The notes under the pieces were generated by a model that saw only the letters and a program-made list of their open reading frames with translations, was not told the origin of the DNA and made no database searches. A program made the translations under genes and the position numbers. Positions 34,544-48,464 of a DNA stretch of 64,000 nucleotides are shown one piece after another. The first letter of the stretch is position 1. Each line of letters starts with the position of its first letter. Source of the DNA: Peribolospora baueri (Eukaryota); the NCBI GenBank assembly GCA_029717555.1, contig JAMDHS010000011.1, positions 1-64,000 on the forward strand, read 5' to 3'.

Positions 34544-37500
34544 TTAGTCAGCGCTCGTGAAGGGGTTCAAGCAGATGATCTGACGGTAGCGAGAAGCAAA
34601 CGGTGAGCGTCAATAACCCAGTTCATTGCATCGGTTCCAGGAGCTCGACGACAGACTAACCTTGATCACCGGAGGGCTCTTGAGCATGTCTGCGTACAGC
34701 GCGTCCAAGGAGAGGTAGGAGATAAAGAATCGGTGAGCGAGGGGGGACACGAGCACTTCTGACCAGTCACCGAACGCACCCGCAGTGACGACAACAGGCA
34801 CTTCCGCCAGCTCCTTGATGGTCTGAATGTTGTGGTTGGGCGTGACGGTGAGGTGATCGAACTTGGGCTCCTCCCTAGCGGACGACTTGGAGCGTTGCGC
34901 AGAGCCAGCGGCGGCCTTTTCGTCTTCCTCCTTCTTGGCAGCGGATGTCTTGACCATGATCCTCTCCTCGTCCTCGTCATCGAACAGGGCGCTCTCATCC
35001 TGGTGAGAATAGGAGGATACTTCCATCATGGCGTGCTGCTCTGCGAGCTCCTTCATCTTCTTGATGTGGACGTCGTCGCTTGTCTCGGCCAGCCACTTGA
35101 TCACGTCCACACCCCTCTTCCAGTAAATGGACAGCGTGTTCGTGTGTTCATCGTGGACGTGGTTCTAGGTGGAAGGAAGACGAAGGCAAGGAGGGCAATG
35201 TCGCGTGAGAAGAGCCGAGCCGGCTTGGACAGAAAGGCACATATGTGAATATCATCATGCAAACTCACCTCAATAGGCATCTGATCGACGTGGCATCTCT
35301 TCTCGATGCCGAACTCGGGAATGAGCACGTCAAAGGCCGAGTCAAGAACGCCGATGACCTTCGCCTGACGGATGACAGGACCATACCGAACGGTGAGGTC
35401 GGAGACGAGCAGGCAGAGGAACAGGTGGGCCGACTGCTCCTGTGCCGTCTTCGCCGCGTCTTTCTTGACGTTGCACTGTTGGGCCACCTTGGCCATCGCC
35501 TCACGGTCGAGAGTGAACTTGGTCTCGTCGTTCTGGAGCACAGCGTCGAGCTGCCTGTGAACGATGACGTCGGCGTACCGCCGGATAGGCGATGTGAAGT
35601 GGGTGTACAGAGGAGAACTGAGCGCGTAATGCGAGTATTTGGAAATGTCGAGCATGCCGCTGCAAAAGTATTGCGCCCGGTGCATGGCCTTGGTGCAAAG
35701 CACTTCGAGCACCTTCCGGTCCGTTTCGTCGCTGATCGTGTCGAGAGACTTCATCAGCGCTCCGGCGCTCGATACGTCCATTTCATAACCAAGGCGCTTG
35801 GCACGAGCGGCGAAGGCCTGGAGGCGGCGGTCGATGGGCTTTTCATGGCGACGGAGGAGCGCAACGTCGGGCATATTGGCCGCGATCTTCTGCGCGACGG
35901 TCGTGTTGGCCAGAAGCATGAACTGGCGAACGGGCCGCGGGAAAAAAAGACACAAAATCAGATGGAAAATCAGCATTTATTCAAACGGGCGGCGCCACCG
36001 ACGACGACCCACTTCTTCAATGAGGCGGTTGGCCTCGGCAGTCTGTAGCGGAGCGCAGTCAGTAGGAATGCCATCGTCGTCGAGATCGAATCCGAGCCTG
36101 ACGGTGTTAATCTTGAGGGCACCATTCTCGAAGCGCCTCTCGCGAAGCTTTTTGGACAGCTCGAAAAGGCTCCTGATGTCTTCCTCGACCTCGGCTACGG
36201 GAAGGCCAGAGACCTTAGACTCGTCAAAGTGGCCACCTTCGATGACGGACTGGGCATCCGAGTAGGCCAGCTTGCCACAGGACTTGATGATGGTGCGACC
36301 GAACCAAGTGCCGATGACGCGGGCGTCGCGGTTCATGGTGAAGACAACGCTGAAGGCGAGCCTCTCGACGTTGGGGATCAGAGAGCAGAGCTCCTCGCTA
36401 AGCGCCGGCGGGAGCATGGGCACGGCCCTTTGCACGAGATATACGCTCGTGCCGCGCTTGCGGGCGTCGCGGTCGAGCGCGTTGCCGCTCTTGATGAAGA
36501 AGGAGACGTCAGCAATGTGTACGCCCACTTCGAACAGCCCGCCCTCGAGCTTGGTGATCGAGACGGCGTCATCGAGGTCTTTGGCGGTCAGAGGATCGAT
36601 GGTGAACACTCTGGTGGAGCGGAAGTCGCGCCTGACCTGGTACTCGCGCTCGGGGATGGTGTAGGGAAGAGGCGGGAGACACTTGAGCACGTTCTCCGAG
36701 AACTCCTCGGTAGCGGAGGCGAGGTTGTCCTTAAGCAACGCCTGCGTCTCGGCCTCCACATCGCCGATCTTGCCGAGCTCCTCGACGAGCGTACCGAAGG
36801 GGTGGAGAGAGGTGATGGGCCACCTCTTGATCGAAGCGGTGTACAAGACGTTGGCGTACGCCTCTGGGTTCTCCACAAAGTCTTCGGGCGCCTGGTCAGT
36901 CGGAATTGCGATCAAAGGCACGCGCTTGTCCGTGGGCGTGAACCACACAATCTTGGGGCGGATCATGGGCTCGGGCTCCTCGGCGGCGCCGCGAGCGCGC
37001 CTCTCTGCAGACTGCTTCTCTTTAGTGGCAGCCGAAGAAGGGCGAAGCACGGCGAGACGGCCAGAGTAAAGCTGGCCAGGGGTGCGCTCCACGACGGCGA
37101 CGACGTGACCGGCGTACTTGGGTTTCTGCTCGTCAGTCACCTCCTCGTCCTCGAAGAGCATGAGGCCTTGGCCCTCCACTTCCACGTCGTCCTTCTTCTT
37201 GTCTTGCTTCCGGTCCAACGAGACGTTCTGGGCCGAGCGCATGTCCAGAGCCTGGTTCTCCTCCTTCTTGCGCTTCTTCTCCTCCTTCTCCTTCTTCGTG
37301 CTCCAAACCTCGTCGACGTCAAGCAGCTCAACAGCGACCAAGTCGCCTTCGAGAGCGCGGTTCCGGTCCTTGCTGCCGCAAATGAAAATGTCGGCGTCCA
37401 GGACGCCAGAAGTGACGAACGCGTCGGAGCGGTTGCGCTTGTTGATGCGGAGCAGACCAGTGACGAGTTTGCCAGCGGCGATGAGAGGTGGAAGGCTGGC

Positions 37501-39550
37501 TGCGGGCAGGTAGCTGCCAAAGAGCGCTTTCCTCTGGGCCTGCAACTGACCCTGTTGACCAAAGCTGGGGACGGTGCCGAGAGGGCCATTGAAGCCGGGT
37601 ACGATGGAGGCCATAGGGTTGAAGCCTCCGCCGAGGCTGCTCTGATTGCGCCCGTGCCCTCCCCCACTGGGCGCGCCCTGGCCTCCCACGACCTGCCTGA
37701 AGTGATGCAAAGAGGCGAGTTGGGCCTGCGCCTGGGCGAGGTCGGTCATGGGCTGGTTAGGACCGCCGTCTGAAAAAACGAAATGACCGACCGGGATTCG
37801 GTCAGCGCTTCTCAATACTTGAAACGGTCTCAGGAGTCTCAATGCGCTACTACTCACTGATGCGGAAACCGTCCAAGCTGCGACTACCACTCCTCGAGTG
37901 ACCGCCGCGGACCTGGCTGAAACCATCGGCAAGCTCACCGAAACCGGCGGCGTTACCCAACAAGCTGAGCGTCGCATAGTCGTTAGCAGGCATCGACTGT
38001 GTCATCGGGGCGTGTTGGTGCTGGGGAGGCGAACCGGGAAAGGTGAAGTTGTTCATGTTGACGCCTGAATTGCTGCCGCCCTGGGCCTTGTTGACGACGT
38101 TGACCGAGTGCCTCCTTCCGTGGCCGTGAGGAACGTTCTGCTGCTGGTGCTGCGGCTGTCCAAACAGCGGAGAGGAGCTGAGGTCGTTGGCGCCGCCGTA
38201 CGGACCTTGCTGAGGGATGGAGAAGGAGCCCATAGGCCCACCGAAAGGGCCGCTGTTGGGAACGTGGGACTGAATGCGGCGGTGGCCAGCGCCACCGTTG
38301 CGCTGCCCGAGAGCGCCCTGAGAGAGATGCATCTGTTGGTGAAGGAGGGCCTGTTGCTGGGCGCGAAGAGCCTCGATCTGACGCTGAATTTCGAGTTGTT
38401 CGGCCATGATGCTCGGGCTCATTTCGCTTCCCGTCCTCCTGTGGGCCACATGGATCCGAGGCTGCTGCGGATTGGTGCTGGCGACGGTGTGAGGCTCGCC
38501 TTGTTGCTGTTGCGGCTGAGGAGGGGGGAACTGGAAATTGGGGTTGCGGTGGACGTAGCCGTTGTCGTTATCCTGACCGCGCAAGCCGCCGACGAAGGCG
38601 CCGGCGTCATCCTCGTAATCGTCCAATTCGCCGACGCTGACGCCGCCACCGCCAGCATTTAGGTTATAGCCGAGATCGCTGAAGCGGGAGAGCAAACTGG
38701 CATTCCTGTTGTGTCCGTTCCCGCCGGCGTTGCGAGCGAGCGCGCTCTGGTAGGCGGCGGTGCCTGCGAAGCGTGGACCTTGTGAGGGGCTGACGGCCTG
38801 CATGGGCACGGGCGGCATGCCGAGCGAGGTATCCTCCTCGTCTTCTCCCAGGCTGGCGAGCCCACCGCGACCGAGACGCATGCCGGACGGGTTGGCTTGC
38901 CCAGAGACCACAGCCCGACCGGCCGCAGCGGCAGTGTTGAGGTTGAGCTGCTGCTGAAGCTGTGCCTGGAGGGCTTCCTCCTGGGCGGCGAGGCGCGATC
39001 CGACGGCGGCGAGCTCGGCAGCGACGTCCTGCTCCTGGCCCGCGGGGACGGCGCCGGCGCCGGAGTTCTGAACAGAAGGCGACAGCGACTTGAGGTCGCT
39101 AATGACTTGCTGGAGGTTAGACATGGCATCGGAGCTGCTCTGGGCGCCCTTGCCGGCGGCCTGAGCGGCACCGGAGCCGGACTTGCTCGCGGCGCCGTCT
39201 TTGGGCGAGGAGCGCGAATCTTCGGCGGCTGGAGAGCCGTCCTTCTTGCCAGACTTTTTGTCGCCCCCGCCGCCGCTTCGGCCACCACCTCCAGACCGCC
39301 TCTGGGAGCCGCCTCCACCGCCACCGCCACTGGCGCGCTTTTCGGAAGCGGGCGCATCAGCATTCTTGGTGGCGCCACCGCCGACGCTCGACTTGCGGCG
39401 ATCGCTCTGGCCGCCAGCAGCACCGGGACGGCCCTTGTTGGTCGAGTTGGATCGCGCAGGGCCACCTACGCCACCGCCACCGCTTCCGCCACTGCTCTTC
39501 TTCTGACCCTGGCTCTGGGCCTCGGGCTTAGTATCCTTTGTGTCCGCCAT
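34544..39550 (-). CDS. SSD1: Ssd1/Dis3L2 RNase II/RNB-family RNA-binding protein (multi-exon)
   Basis: Disordered N-terminus with HxRxxS sites; RKALFGSYLP; cold-shock domain GLLRINKRNRSDAFV..DIFICGSKDRNRALEGDLVAVELLDVDEVW; KIVWFTPTDKRVPLIAIP; RNB domain FTIDPLTAKDLDDA, YTHFTSPIRRYADVIVHRQL; ends IICLNPFTSAD*. Confidence 0.93.
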
Positions 39551-39606
39551 GGCGCGACTTTTGAAGGTCGTTGCTCACGGGTCGACTGACGATAATGAAG
39601 GTGTTA

Positions 39607-39738
39607 CTGAAAGAAGAACCAAAGGAGATGCGCATGGATGAGCGTCAGGCGAGAGGTGGGTGTAAGCAGGTGGGGGTGATTCTCCCGATCGGAGGAGGCC
39701 GGATGAAGTGGCGGTGGGCGAAGGGCACGTCTACCTAC
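39607..39738 (-). other. Probable 5'-UTR intron of SSD1
   Basis: AAG|GTAGGT donor and pyrimidine-rich TTCTTCTTTCAG acceptor 56 nt upstream of the ATG. Confidence 0.5.
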
Positions 39739-40814
39739 CTTATTTGCGGTCCTCGAAGGACTGAACCGTGCCGGTGACGATATATCACCCCCTTTGAGAG
39801 CTGAGATTGAGAACGGAGACGAGAACGCCGACCGCGTCTGAGCGGGTTCTACAAAAATGTGGGTAGCCGCGTTGTCCCCGCGCGGACGCTTGAGACGCAC
39901 GAACGAAGGAACGAGATGGGGGAAAGGGAGAGGTTGAGGGAAGCGAAGACGATGGAAACGTTGGAAAAGGACGACGACGGTGATGGTGGTGTAGAACCCC
40001 TGTTTGAAACGACCGTGAGAGGGATTGGATGGATGAGGTGGGAGAAGGGGGGAGGGCGATCGCAGACCGGGCGTGGGCGTGTCGGGTCGTGAAGGAGGGA
40101 ACTAAACGAGAGAAAGGCAATGAGATGGAAGGCTAAAAGAGAGAGATGGAAGAGAGGGGCGTGCGTGTTCGACGACGACGGCGACGACAGCGACGACGAC
40201 AAGGACGACGGGAGGAAGGTGAAGGTCGGAGAGTGTCATCTGTCTCACCCCTCCGTCGCTGGCTGAAGGCGGTGTCCGAGACGGCCGCGTGCTCGGCTCG
40301 GCGTTACGCGGCGTTTTCCCTCTCCCGTCCGTTGCCGCTCGCCCCGCGCACGCGACTCCGTCTGGAAAAAAGGTTCGGGATGACACGGACGGCGGCTGGG
40401 CAACTTGTTAAATATTATAACTACACGCGAACGTACCCATCCGTTTCCGATCGGTGGCGGCGGCGGCGGCGGCGGCGGAAGAGCAAAGTGGGGAGGGAAC
40501 AAAAAACAGCAGCGCCGGGCCTGGAAAGAGCGAGCCTGCTATGACAAGATCAACGACTGGTGCGGTGCAAAACGAGCAAAAACAGGGGGCGAATCGACAA
40601 ACGAGGACCCCGACACCAGATAACAAACAACCGCATGGAGGATCGGAGAACGGCGGTCGAGAGGGAAGCGGCCGAGCAGGGTGGAGCGGTAAGGACGACT
40701 GAGATCATACAGGAAGGACGAGGGAAGCAGCGGGGACGAACATATGACGAAGCGAGTCGTCGAAGAAAAGGAGCCGTGTTCCAGCCTTGAGACAGTCTGT
40801 GCCATAGTTAACGT

Positions 40815-43800
40815 TCAGGGATCATCAATCTCGTCCGTCGCTCGGCGTTGAATTTGTGGAAAGAAATATCCGGCGGCTCTGCCGACGCAGCCAGTGCGGG
40901 GGTAGGGGAGGGGAAGAGTAGATAAGCGGGGTAGGGTAGGGAGGAAGTAGATAAGCCAAGACGACCTTGACTGAGCGGAGCCGTCAGGGAAATGAGGAAA
41001 ACCCACCGGCGCCCATTGCTCGAGGTAGAGGCTAAAGCTGCGAACGTGTTCGCGGAGCTCGTTGTGCAAAGCACCGGCGGCGGCAGTAGTACAGCCGCCA
41101 ACGCGGGCAGCTTCCTCTTCCTCCTTGGCCATCACGAGACACTCCCTCGCGGCGAGCTCGACGACGTCGGAGAAGGCGCAGGAGAACCAGAGGACGGAGC
41201 GGAGGTGGCACAGTTTGGACCTGTCCCGGAGGCGCGTAGCGAGACCGGAGAGCGCGCGCACGGCGTCCAGGACGGTGACCTTGGGCTTGAGCAGAAAGTC
41301 CGGGTTCAGCTCCGCCGTCGGAGGCAGGCCGGCTCCTTCCGCTCCCGCTCCTTGGCCGCCTCCGCCTTGGCGCAACGTCCTAGCACGAGCCTGCACGCGT
41401 TCAAGTCCGCGATAGAGTTTAAAACGGATAAAATTGAAGTTGCGAAACAATTGAAGCTGGCTGATGGTCACCTCGCGAGGGTCGTCGGCCAACGAAGTGC
41501 TACCGACGCCGAGGGCCATCGTGTCCATCTCGACGTCGGCCACGGCATCGGCGTACGAGCGAGCCTCGCCCGGGGCAGGGAAATGGAAGTAGGTGAGAAA
41601 GTGCGGCAAAGGGATGCTGAGGATCTGTTTGATCCGCGTGAGGAAGACCTGCTGCTGAATTGCCTGCTGGAGGGAGTAGTTGGTCGACGTGCGGAGGTTC
41701 ATCGGCGTCTCTCCGTCCGGGAGGAAGAACTCCTAGAAAAGCGGTTCGAATAAAACGTCGACTCGAGTCAGCGACAACGCGGGCGGGTAACCTAAATCGA
41801 CCGGTGCAATGCAATCGGACGCGCTAGCCTCACCCTTTCCCTTCGAGTCGGGAGGACAAAGACAGAGTCGTCGGATGGAAAGTCGATCTTGCAATCGGCC
41901 AAATTCACGATAGGCTTTTCCCTGAAAGGGTCGCGGGCGAGACAGACGATTATGAAGAACCAAACCAGGCGACCTGGAAGGGAGGGCCCGGCGAACGAGA
42001 AAAAAATAAAGGCACGGGGGCTCGGCCACCCGTCAGCCAGCGGATCCTACCAAAAAAATCCCGGGGGAAGGAAGGAAAGGCACGACAAACTCACGACACA
42101 TCTCGATCTCGAACGCATTCAAGTCCGCGCGGTTGACGGCCCCGGGACGCTGTTCGTTGGCGGGAGCGTCGATGCGGTGGAGTTGCCACTCGAGGCATAT
42201 GCCAAAGAGCCAGTCGTCAAAGTCGGTCACCTTCCTCACGTCAAAAGCTGACGATGGGTAATAGTCGAAGGAAGGTATTGACGATGGGAACAAAACCGTC
42301 AGCAGTCCGAAGTGAAGTGAGGCATCCTACCATCCTACCTACCGCCGATCGACCCATCGGGGCCCAGACTCAACTCATCCTCGCTGAGGCCGATGAGGTG
42401 CCTGAGCAAATAGCCCGTGGCGATGAGGTAAGGATCCCTTCTACCAGCCTTGAGACTCGTTACAAGCCCTTCCTCCGCTTTGCGCGCGCACCGCTGCACG
42501 AACGCCTCCATACCCTCGACGCTGAACCTGCCTCCGCCTCCGCCGTCGATACCGTCCGCATCTGCAGCCTTTAGGCCGTGCGCGTCCGTCGCGGCGGAAG
42601 AGGAGGAAGAAGAGGAAGAAGTAAAACCGCCGGCGGCACGATCGAGTCCCTCGTCTTCGGGCGACTTTCGTTTCGTCGACGACGACGACGTGACCGTATC
42701 CGCAGAGGACGCCTTTGGTTGTCGAAACAGTTTTTTCGTCTTGGAGTTGGAGTGAACGAGGGTCACCTTGGCGAGGTAAGCGGCGAGAGCGAGGCGGACG
42801 TGTTTCGGCGGCTTGAAGAACTTGCGCCGCGAGTTTGCCGCCGGCTTGGCGCCGACGCCGTCGAGGTGGGTGGTGGAAGAGGAGACGTGCTCGTCCATGA
42901 GGACGGACTGTTGGGCGAACGATTCCCACGGGAGAATCTTGAAAGCGTGGTCGAGCAGGTTGGTGGAGGCGAGCGCAAAGATGAGGTACCGGAGATCGCT
43001 AGGGGTGAGGTAGTCGTCCTCCGGCGATGTCGAACCCGACCTGTCCGTAAGCGCCCCGTTCGTCGCCGCAAAGCTGAACGGCCGCGGCGCGCCCGTCCCA
43101 CCGCGATCCGCAACGTGCTTGGCGAGGAGGTCAGACGTGTCGACGACCGTTCCGTACGACCGAGGCAATATCGATGTATTTCTCGAACCCTGCGCGCCGC
43201 CGCCGCCGCCGCCGCCGCCATCATTCACGTCGCCTTCCTCATCCTCTTGGAGCAAGTCGGGCACCTTGCTCATCTCATACCCCCAGTCGATGCCGGCCGT
43301 CGCCGCAAAGTCGCCCCTCGCCAGTGCCGGCGCCGTGTTCGGCCGCGTCTCCGGGCTCCACTGGAGGCCCTGGGCGACGGTTGCGCCCTCGCCCGTGATA
43401 TCAACGGGAGGAGCGGAGGACAAGTCGGCTGGAACGTGGCCGACGGATTGGACGGAAGGAGAGTGGGACGGTTTGGATAAAGGGGCGGCGGAGAGGGGGT
43501 TGAGAACGTCGGGGGCCGGAGGTGGAGGGAAGAGAAAGGGTGCGCTTTGGACGGAGAACAAATGCATGGCGCCAGCCGCGAGTCCAAGGAGGGGCTGCGA
43601 GCGATGGCTAGTGAGTGTGGGATGCGGTCTGTTGGGGCCGTGAGCGTCGAGCCCAGAGCTGGCCTGCATGGCAAAGGCACGCGCGGCGACTTCGGCGCGG
43701 AAGGGGAGGAACGCATTCCACGACCTGCCGGCGCCGACTTGGTCTGGCGTGGTGGGGCTGTTGATGTGCGCGGAGAGGGGACCGACGAAGCTACTGTCCA

Positions 43801-45240
43801 TGCTGAACGAGGGAGAGCTCACGATGCTTTCCGTGCCGCCCAACGAGTGGACCGACGGCGAAACCATCTGATCGGACGCACCGTCAAAGCCGGTGGAGAG
43901 GGTGCGGAGGACGGAAGGCTCAGAGGCGGCGAAGGACGGTTCGAAAAGAGCTCGGTCCACGGCCTTGCCCTTCGAGTCGATCATCAGCGTGCCATCCGCG
44001 TTCGTCGGATGACCAGCGCCAACGATGCCCTCTACCGTTGTCTCTGCCCATGTCCCTGGCCCTGGCCCTGTCCCCACTCCAGTTCCAACACCAGCTCCCG
44101 CCCCGCCTTCTATCACGGAGCTCTGGGGAAGACCGACCTTGCGCAAAGGCGGACCTCTCTTCTTCCTCACGAAATCGTAGAGGCACAGCTCCCTCGCCAG
44201 CTCTTCGATCTTCTCTTCTCGCGAGAGGTGGTCCGGCAGCGCGGCCACCTTGGCGGCCTCGGCAGGTGTCGCGCCGGGGGGGATGGGGAAGGATGTGGGG
44301 AGATTGGGAGGAACGGAGGAAGAGGGGGCGAAAGAGTCGCCGAAGGAAGGGCGTCGCTTCGTGGCTGGGGGGGAACCGTTGCGTGGGCGAGGGAGCGTCG
44401 AGGCCACAGCGGCCGAGGCCGAGTCGGTGGGGAGCATGTTCGTGGCCGCCGTCACACAGCGCCCACAAGGCCACTGAGAGTCGCAGCCCACTTTTCGCCT
44501 TCGACAGCGCTGACTGGAAAGAGGGCCGGAGGGGGAGAGGGTCGACGAAGGAAATCAGTCACCACGATTCGAGAAAGGGTTGTGCCACGGCCCAAAGGCC
44601 ATCGACACGATACTACGCTGTGGACGTACCAAGCAGTGGTGACCTTGGGTCGTCTCCTCGCATTACTAGCCGCCCTGTCCGCCGCCGCGACAGCGGCGTC
44701 ATTGTCGGAGGGAGCGAAGGGGAAGGACATAGGAAGACCGAAATTGAGATTGCTTGGCCCGGCAGACGAGCTGGGAACCGTCGGTTGGAGCAGCCGGGGT
44801 TCGCCGCCGGAGGGGAGCATTTCGGAGGCATGGCCGGCGGAGACTAGGTGGAAGAGAGGCGAGACGTTCGCGCTCATCCCGGGCAGATTGGGTGCCGTGT
44901 GAGAGAAGGAGGGATGGAATGGGGACAGCGGTTGACCTTGCACCAAGATGCACTGCGGGGGGAGTGCAGAGGAGACGGTCGAAAGCGAGGATCCGGAAGG
45001 CGTGGGATGGAGACCGGCGGAGGACAGGCCTTGGTGGATTTGCGGGGGAGCCGTCCCGAAAGACGGGTTGGGGTGCGCGTCTGGGCGAAACGGTGGATGA
45101 GCAAAGCCAGGTTGGAGGAGGGGGGGTGGAGCGGGACGATGAGAGAAAGACAGGGTGGGATCGCCGTCGGCGGTGGAGGACGAGTTGAGCATGGCGGTCG
45201 TGCCGTTGGGGACGCTCACGATACCGGGGCCGGTCGCCAT
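40815..45240 (-). CDS. Zn(II)2Cys6 binuclear cluster transcription factor (multi-exon; 5' and 3' ends approximate)
   Basis: RRRPKVTTAC|QRCRRRKVGCDSQWPCGRC...CLYDFVRKKRGPP, split by intron 44629-44514. Long downstream ORFs in the same orientation. Confidence 0.8.
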
Positions 45241-48200
45241 CGTCAGCGGGCGGCCGGGGGACGTTGTCCGTCCGAGGGCCGCTTGCGTTCCCGGCGTCGT
45301 ACGCAGGTCGAGCGCGAGCGCCGAAGCTGGTGCGGATCAAGGCCAGCAGGGGTGGAGGTGGAGGAAGGAGAAGAGCAAGACGGGGAGATCGGAGCAGAGA
45401 CGGGAGAGGTGGTTGAGCTCCCCTTCATTATGTGTGCGACGGGTCGGTTCTCATTCGCCCACCCTCCTCCTCATCGCCATCGCCCCCTTCCTTCATCCAA
45501 CCCATCCATCTTCCTCCCTCCCTAACTCCCGACTAGCCGAGCGCAACCGTGACCGCACTCACCCGAGGTTTGTGTGCTTTCGACGTGTTGATCGGCTATT
45601 TGGGGCCCCAATGGCAGTGGCAGTGGCAGTGGCAGTGGCAGCTGGCGCGATGAGGTGGTCGGTCGTCGGCCTCGTATATGCGTCGCTCGTATATGCGTGC
45701 GTCGTTGTCGCCAAGCCGCGACCCAAGCCAGCGGATCGTCGATCGGATCGCACCAAGCAGCGGCGAGACGAGACGACGAGACAAGCGGGACGGACGTCTG
45801 GGCGATCGCGTGCGGGAGAAGATAGAGATGGCTGGGAGACGGAGACGGAATAGGGAGGCGGTGGTGGTTGTGGGTGGATGAGACGTAGGACGATGCCGGG
45901 AGGATGCCGGGTGTCTGACGTGTGAGACAAGGAGAAAGAGCGCGGTGGCCAATGCGGGCGGGCGCTAGGTGGGCGAGATGGACGGCGCTGACTTGGTTTA
46001 TCGGTTGACTACGACTACGATTACGACTACGACTACGGTCGTGCTTGGTGGTGTGCCGTGTGCGAGGCAGGCGCCGTACTCTACTCTACTCTACTCTACG
46101 ATGGATGGCGTTCCGCTGGCGCCGGCGCCAATCTACTCCGCTCGCTCTTCTCGGCAGTCGACGACGACGCGGGGAAGCCACGCGAGCCGTGCGGCGAGTC
46201 GCAGTCCGCGTCGGCCTCGTGACCCGTCCGTATCGTCTTCCCCCACAGGCCCTTACCCTCTTTCTCTCCTTCCTTCCTTCTTTCCTTGGAAAAAGAGAAG
46301 AGACGAGACGAGACGCTTCCGGATTCTCTTTGGCGAGGCCGGGACGCCGGCGCAAGCCAGCAGGCAAGCGAGCGAGCGAGGCGCAGACGGGCTCACGTCA
46401 TCGCATCGGGCTGGCGGTCCGGAGCGCATACATACATACATGCGTACACACATCCGAGACGACGATCGTCTCGCCGCCCGCCCCGGCTGAGCGGCCCAGG
46501 CGGCGGTGGTGGAGAGAGAAAGAGAGCTCGCGCCGACGATAGGACGAACGAGCAGTGATCTACAGGAGGGGAGGAGCATGCATGAGCTCGAGCGCGACGA
46601 CGACGCGGCTTAGCCAGTCCAAAGCCCCACACCAGCTCAGCTCCGCTCGATTTGCTCGTGATACGGCTCCCCGTCGGTCAAGGTAACCACGCCCCCACGG
46701 CAAATCCATAGACCCAACCCCTCGGCGGCCCCCTATGTAAGGACGACGTGCAATGGTGTGAGCACGCTAAATACAACACAACACGCCTCATAGCGTCCTC
46801 GTCTTCCTGCGACCAGAAGCAGAGGAGCATCGCCAGCTCGCTCGCTGTCTCCAGTTGGCCGCTCGCTGTAACTGCGACGCGAGGCGAGGGGAGTGGAGTG
46901 TGCGTAGCTCTATGGGCTGCATTGCATCATGATCCGGTACCAAAACCGTTCATGTACGACGCCGATTGAATCGATTCGATCGGCGGCGCCCTTGTCCGAC
47001 TTCTTTCACACTGCTTCCTTTCCCTCCCTCCGAACGGAGTACCGGAACGGACCGACCTGGGCGATGGCGGCGAGCATGTTCCTCCCTCCTCTGCTTTCAC
47101 CGATCGACGATGCTCGTATCCACGCATGAACTGCGCCGTCTGCAAGGTTGAAGGAAGGAAGGGGGGCGATGACGAAGAAGACAGGGGGACAGTCGGCCGT
47201 ACAGAAGACGACGTGCCCTCATCGTCATCGAGGTCGAGGTCGGATCAGCAAAGGGAAGGGGACGGAAAAGGAGAAAGAAGAAAGGAGGGTTAGACGCTCC
47301 ACCGTCACCTTACCATTCCCACCATTCTTATTCGTCCCGCCGCTCCTTCCCCTCCCCTTCTCGAATCCTACAATCTTGCTGCTCACCGGCTTCGTCTGGA
47401 TCGAATCCCACAGACATTTTATTAGCGTCATTTCCGTCTTTTCTTCGGTCCGGCACCGGAGCGAGATAGAGGCATTCTCGCTTGGCTCGTAGGTCAGGGG
47501 GAAAAAAAATAGAATGCGAAGAAAGCAATACCAGAATCGCCCTCAGCACGTTTGGACCTTTATACCATCGTACCTACCACGGATCGTCCTCCATACCAGC
47601 CGCATTCAAAGGTTTGGCATAGGGAGCACAGACGGCAGGCCCTCCATCTCCTCCTTTTCTTTCTTCTGAATGATCATAACCGCGAACTACGATATCACCA
47701 GCTCATTGACCGCGATTCGGACCCCCCAACTCCAACTCCAAACGTACTCGTACTCATAGCGAGCCGGCTACAAAACGGGGAAAAAAAGGTGGGACTGGGA
47801 AGCATGGGAACCTAGGCACGAATGAGGCGTCCGGGTCTGGGCTCAAGGGGGTGGGGGGGGGGTGGAAAAGAGGCGCGCAGATGTCTGTCCGAGTGGGATC
47901 ATAGGGTGGATCATCTGCAAGTTAAGGCGTTGCGTGGACATGGACGGTCTGACGTCGGCTTGAATACAATCCTCGAAAGGTCGGATGGTCAAATGTTCAA
48001 AGTCCGGAAGGGGGAGGGGGGCAAAAAGAAGGGAGCCGCGGAGTAGGAAGGGCTGGGAGAGCCGCGGACTAGGAACGGCTGGGACAAGGCCAGGACGAGC
48101 GTGGAAACAGAAGGCGGAAAAAAGGTCCGTGTTCATGGTGCGGAGGAAGGAAGACGTCCAAAAATACGCACGATCGCGAGGAAAGGGTGGCAAGGGAAGG

Positions 48201-48464
48201 ACGATCGCTGTCGTAAAAGACCAAAGAAAAATTAAAAAGAGAAGAGAATATCTCGAGCGTTGGTAGGGTATATCGATTGGCCGGCGGCGACCAAGAGGAA
48301 AGGAGCAGCTGCCGGTGTCGGTTCGTCCGTGTAAACACAACACATCGGCGGCTAGTCCTTTCTTTCGTCTCCAACTTCGCTGCCAGCCATCCGCTCCAAG
48401 CCGAGTCGAATCTACTGATCGTCCGTACGTCGCCGTTCCTCGTCCTGCACCTCGTACCGCTCGC

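Noticed and set aside
36229..37773. 514-aa plus-strand ORF, and similar antisense ORFs over G6PD, SUI2, the homeobox and Zn2Cys6 genes
   Set aside because: Shadow ORFs caused by GC-rich codon bias of the real minus-strand genes.
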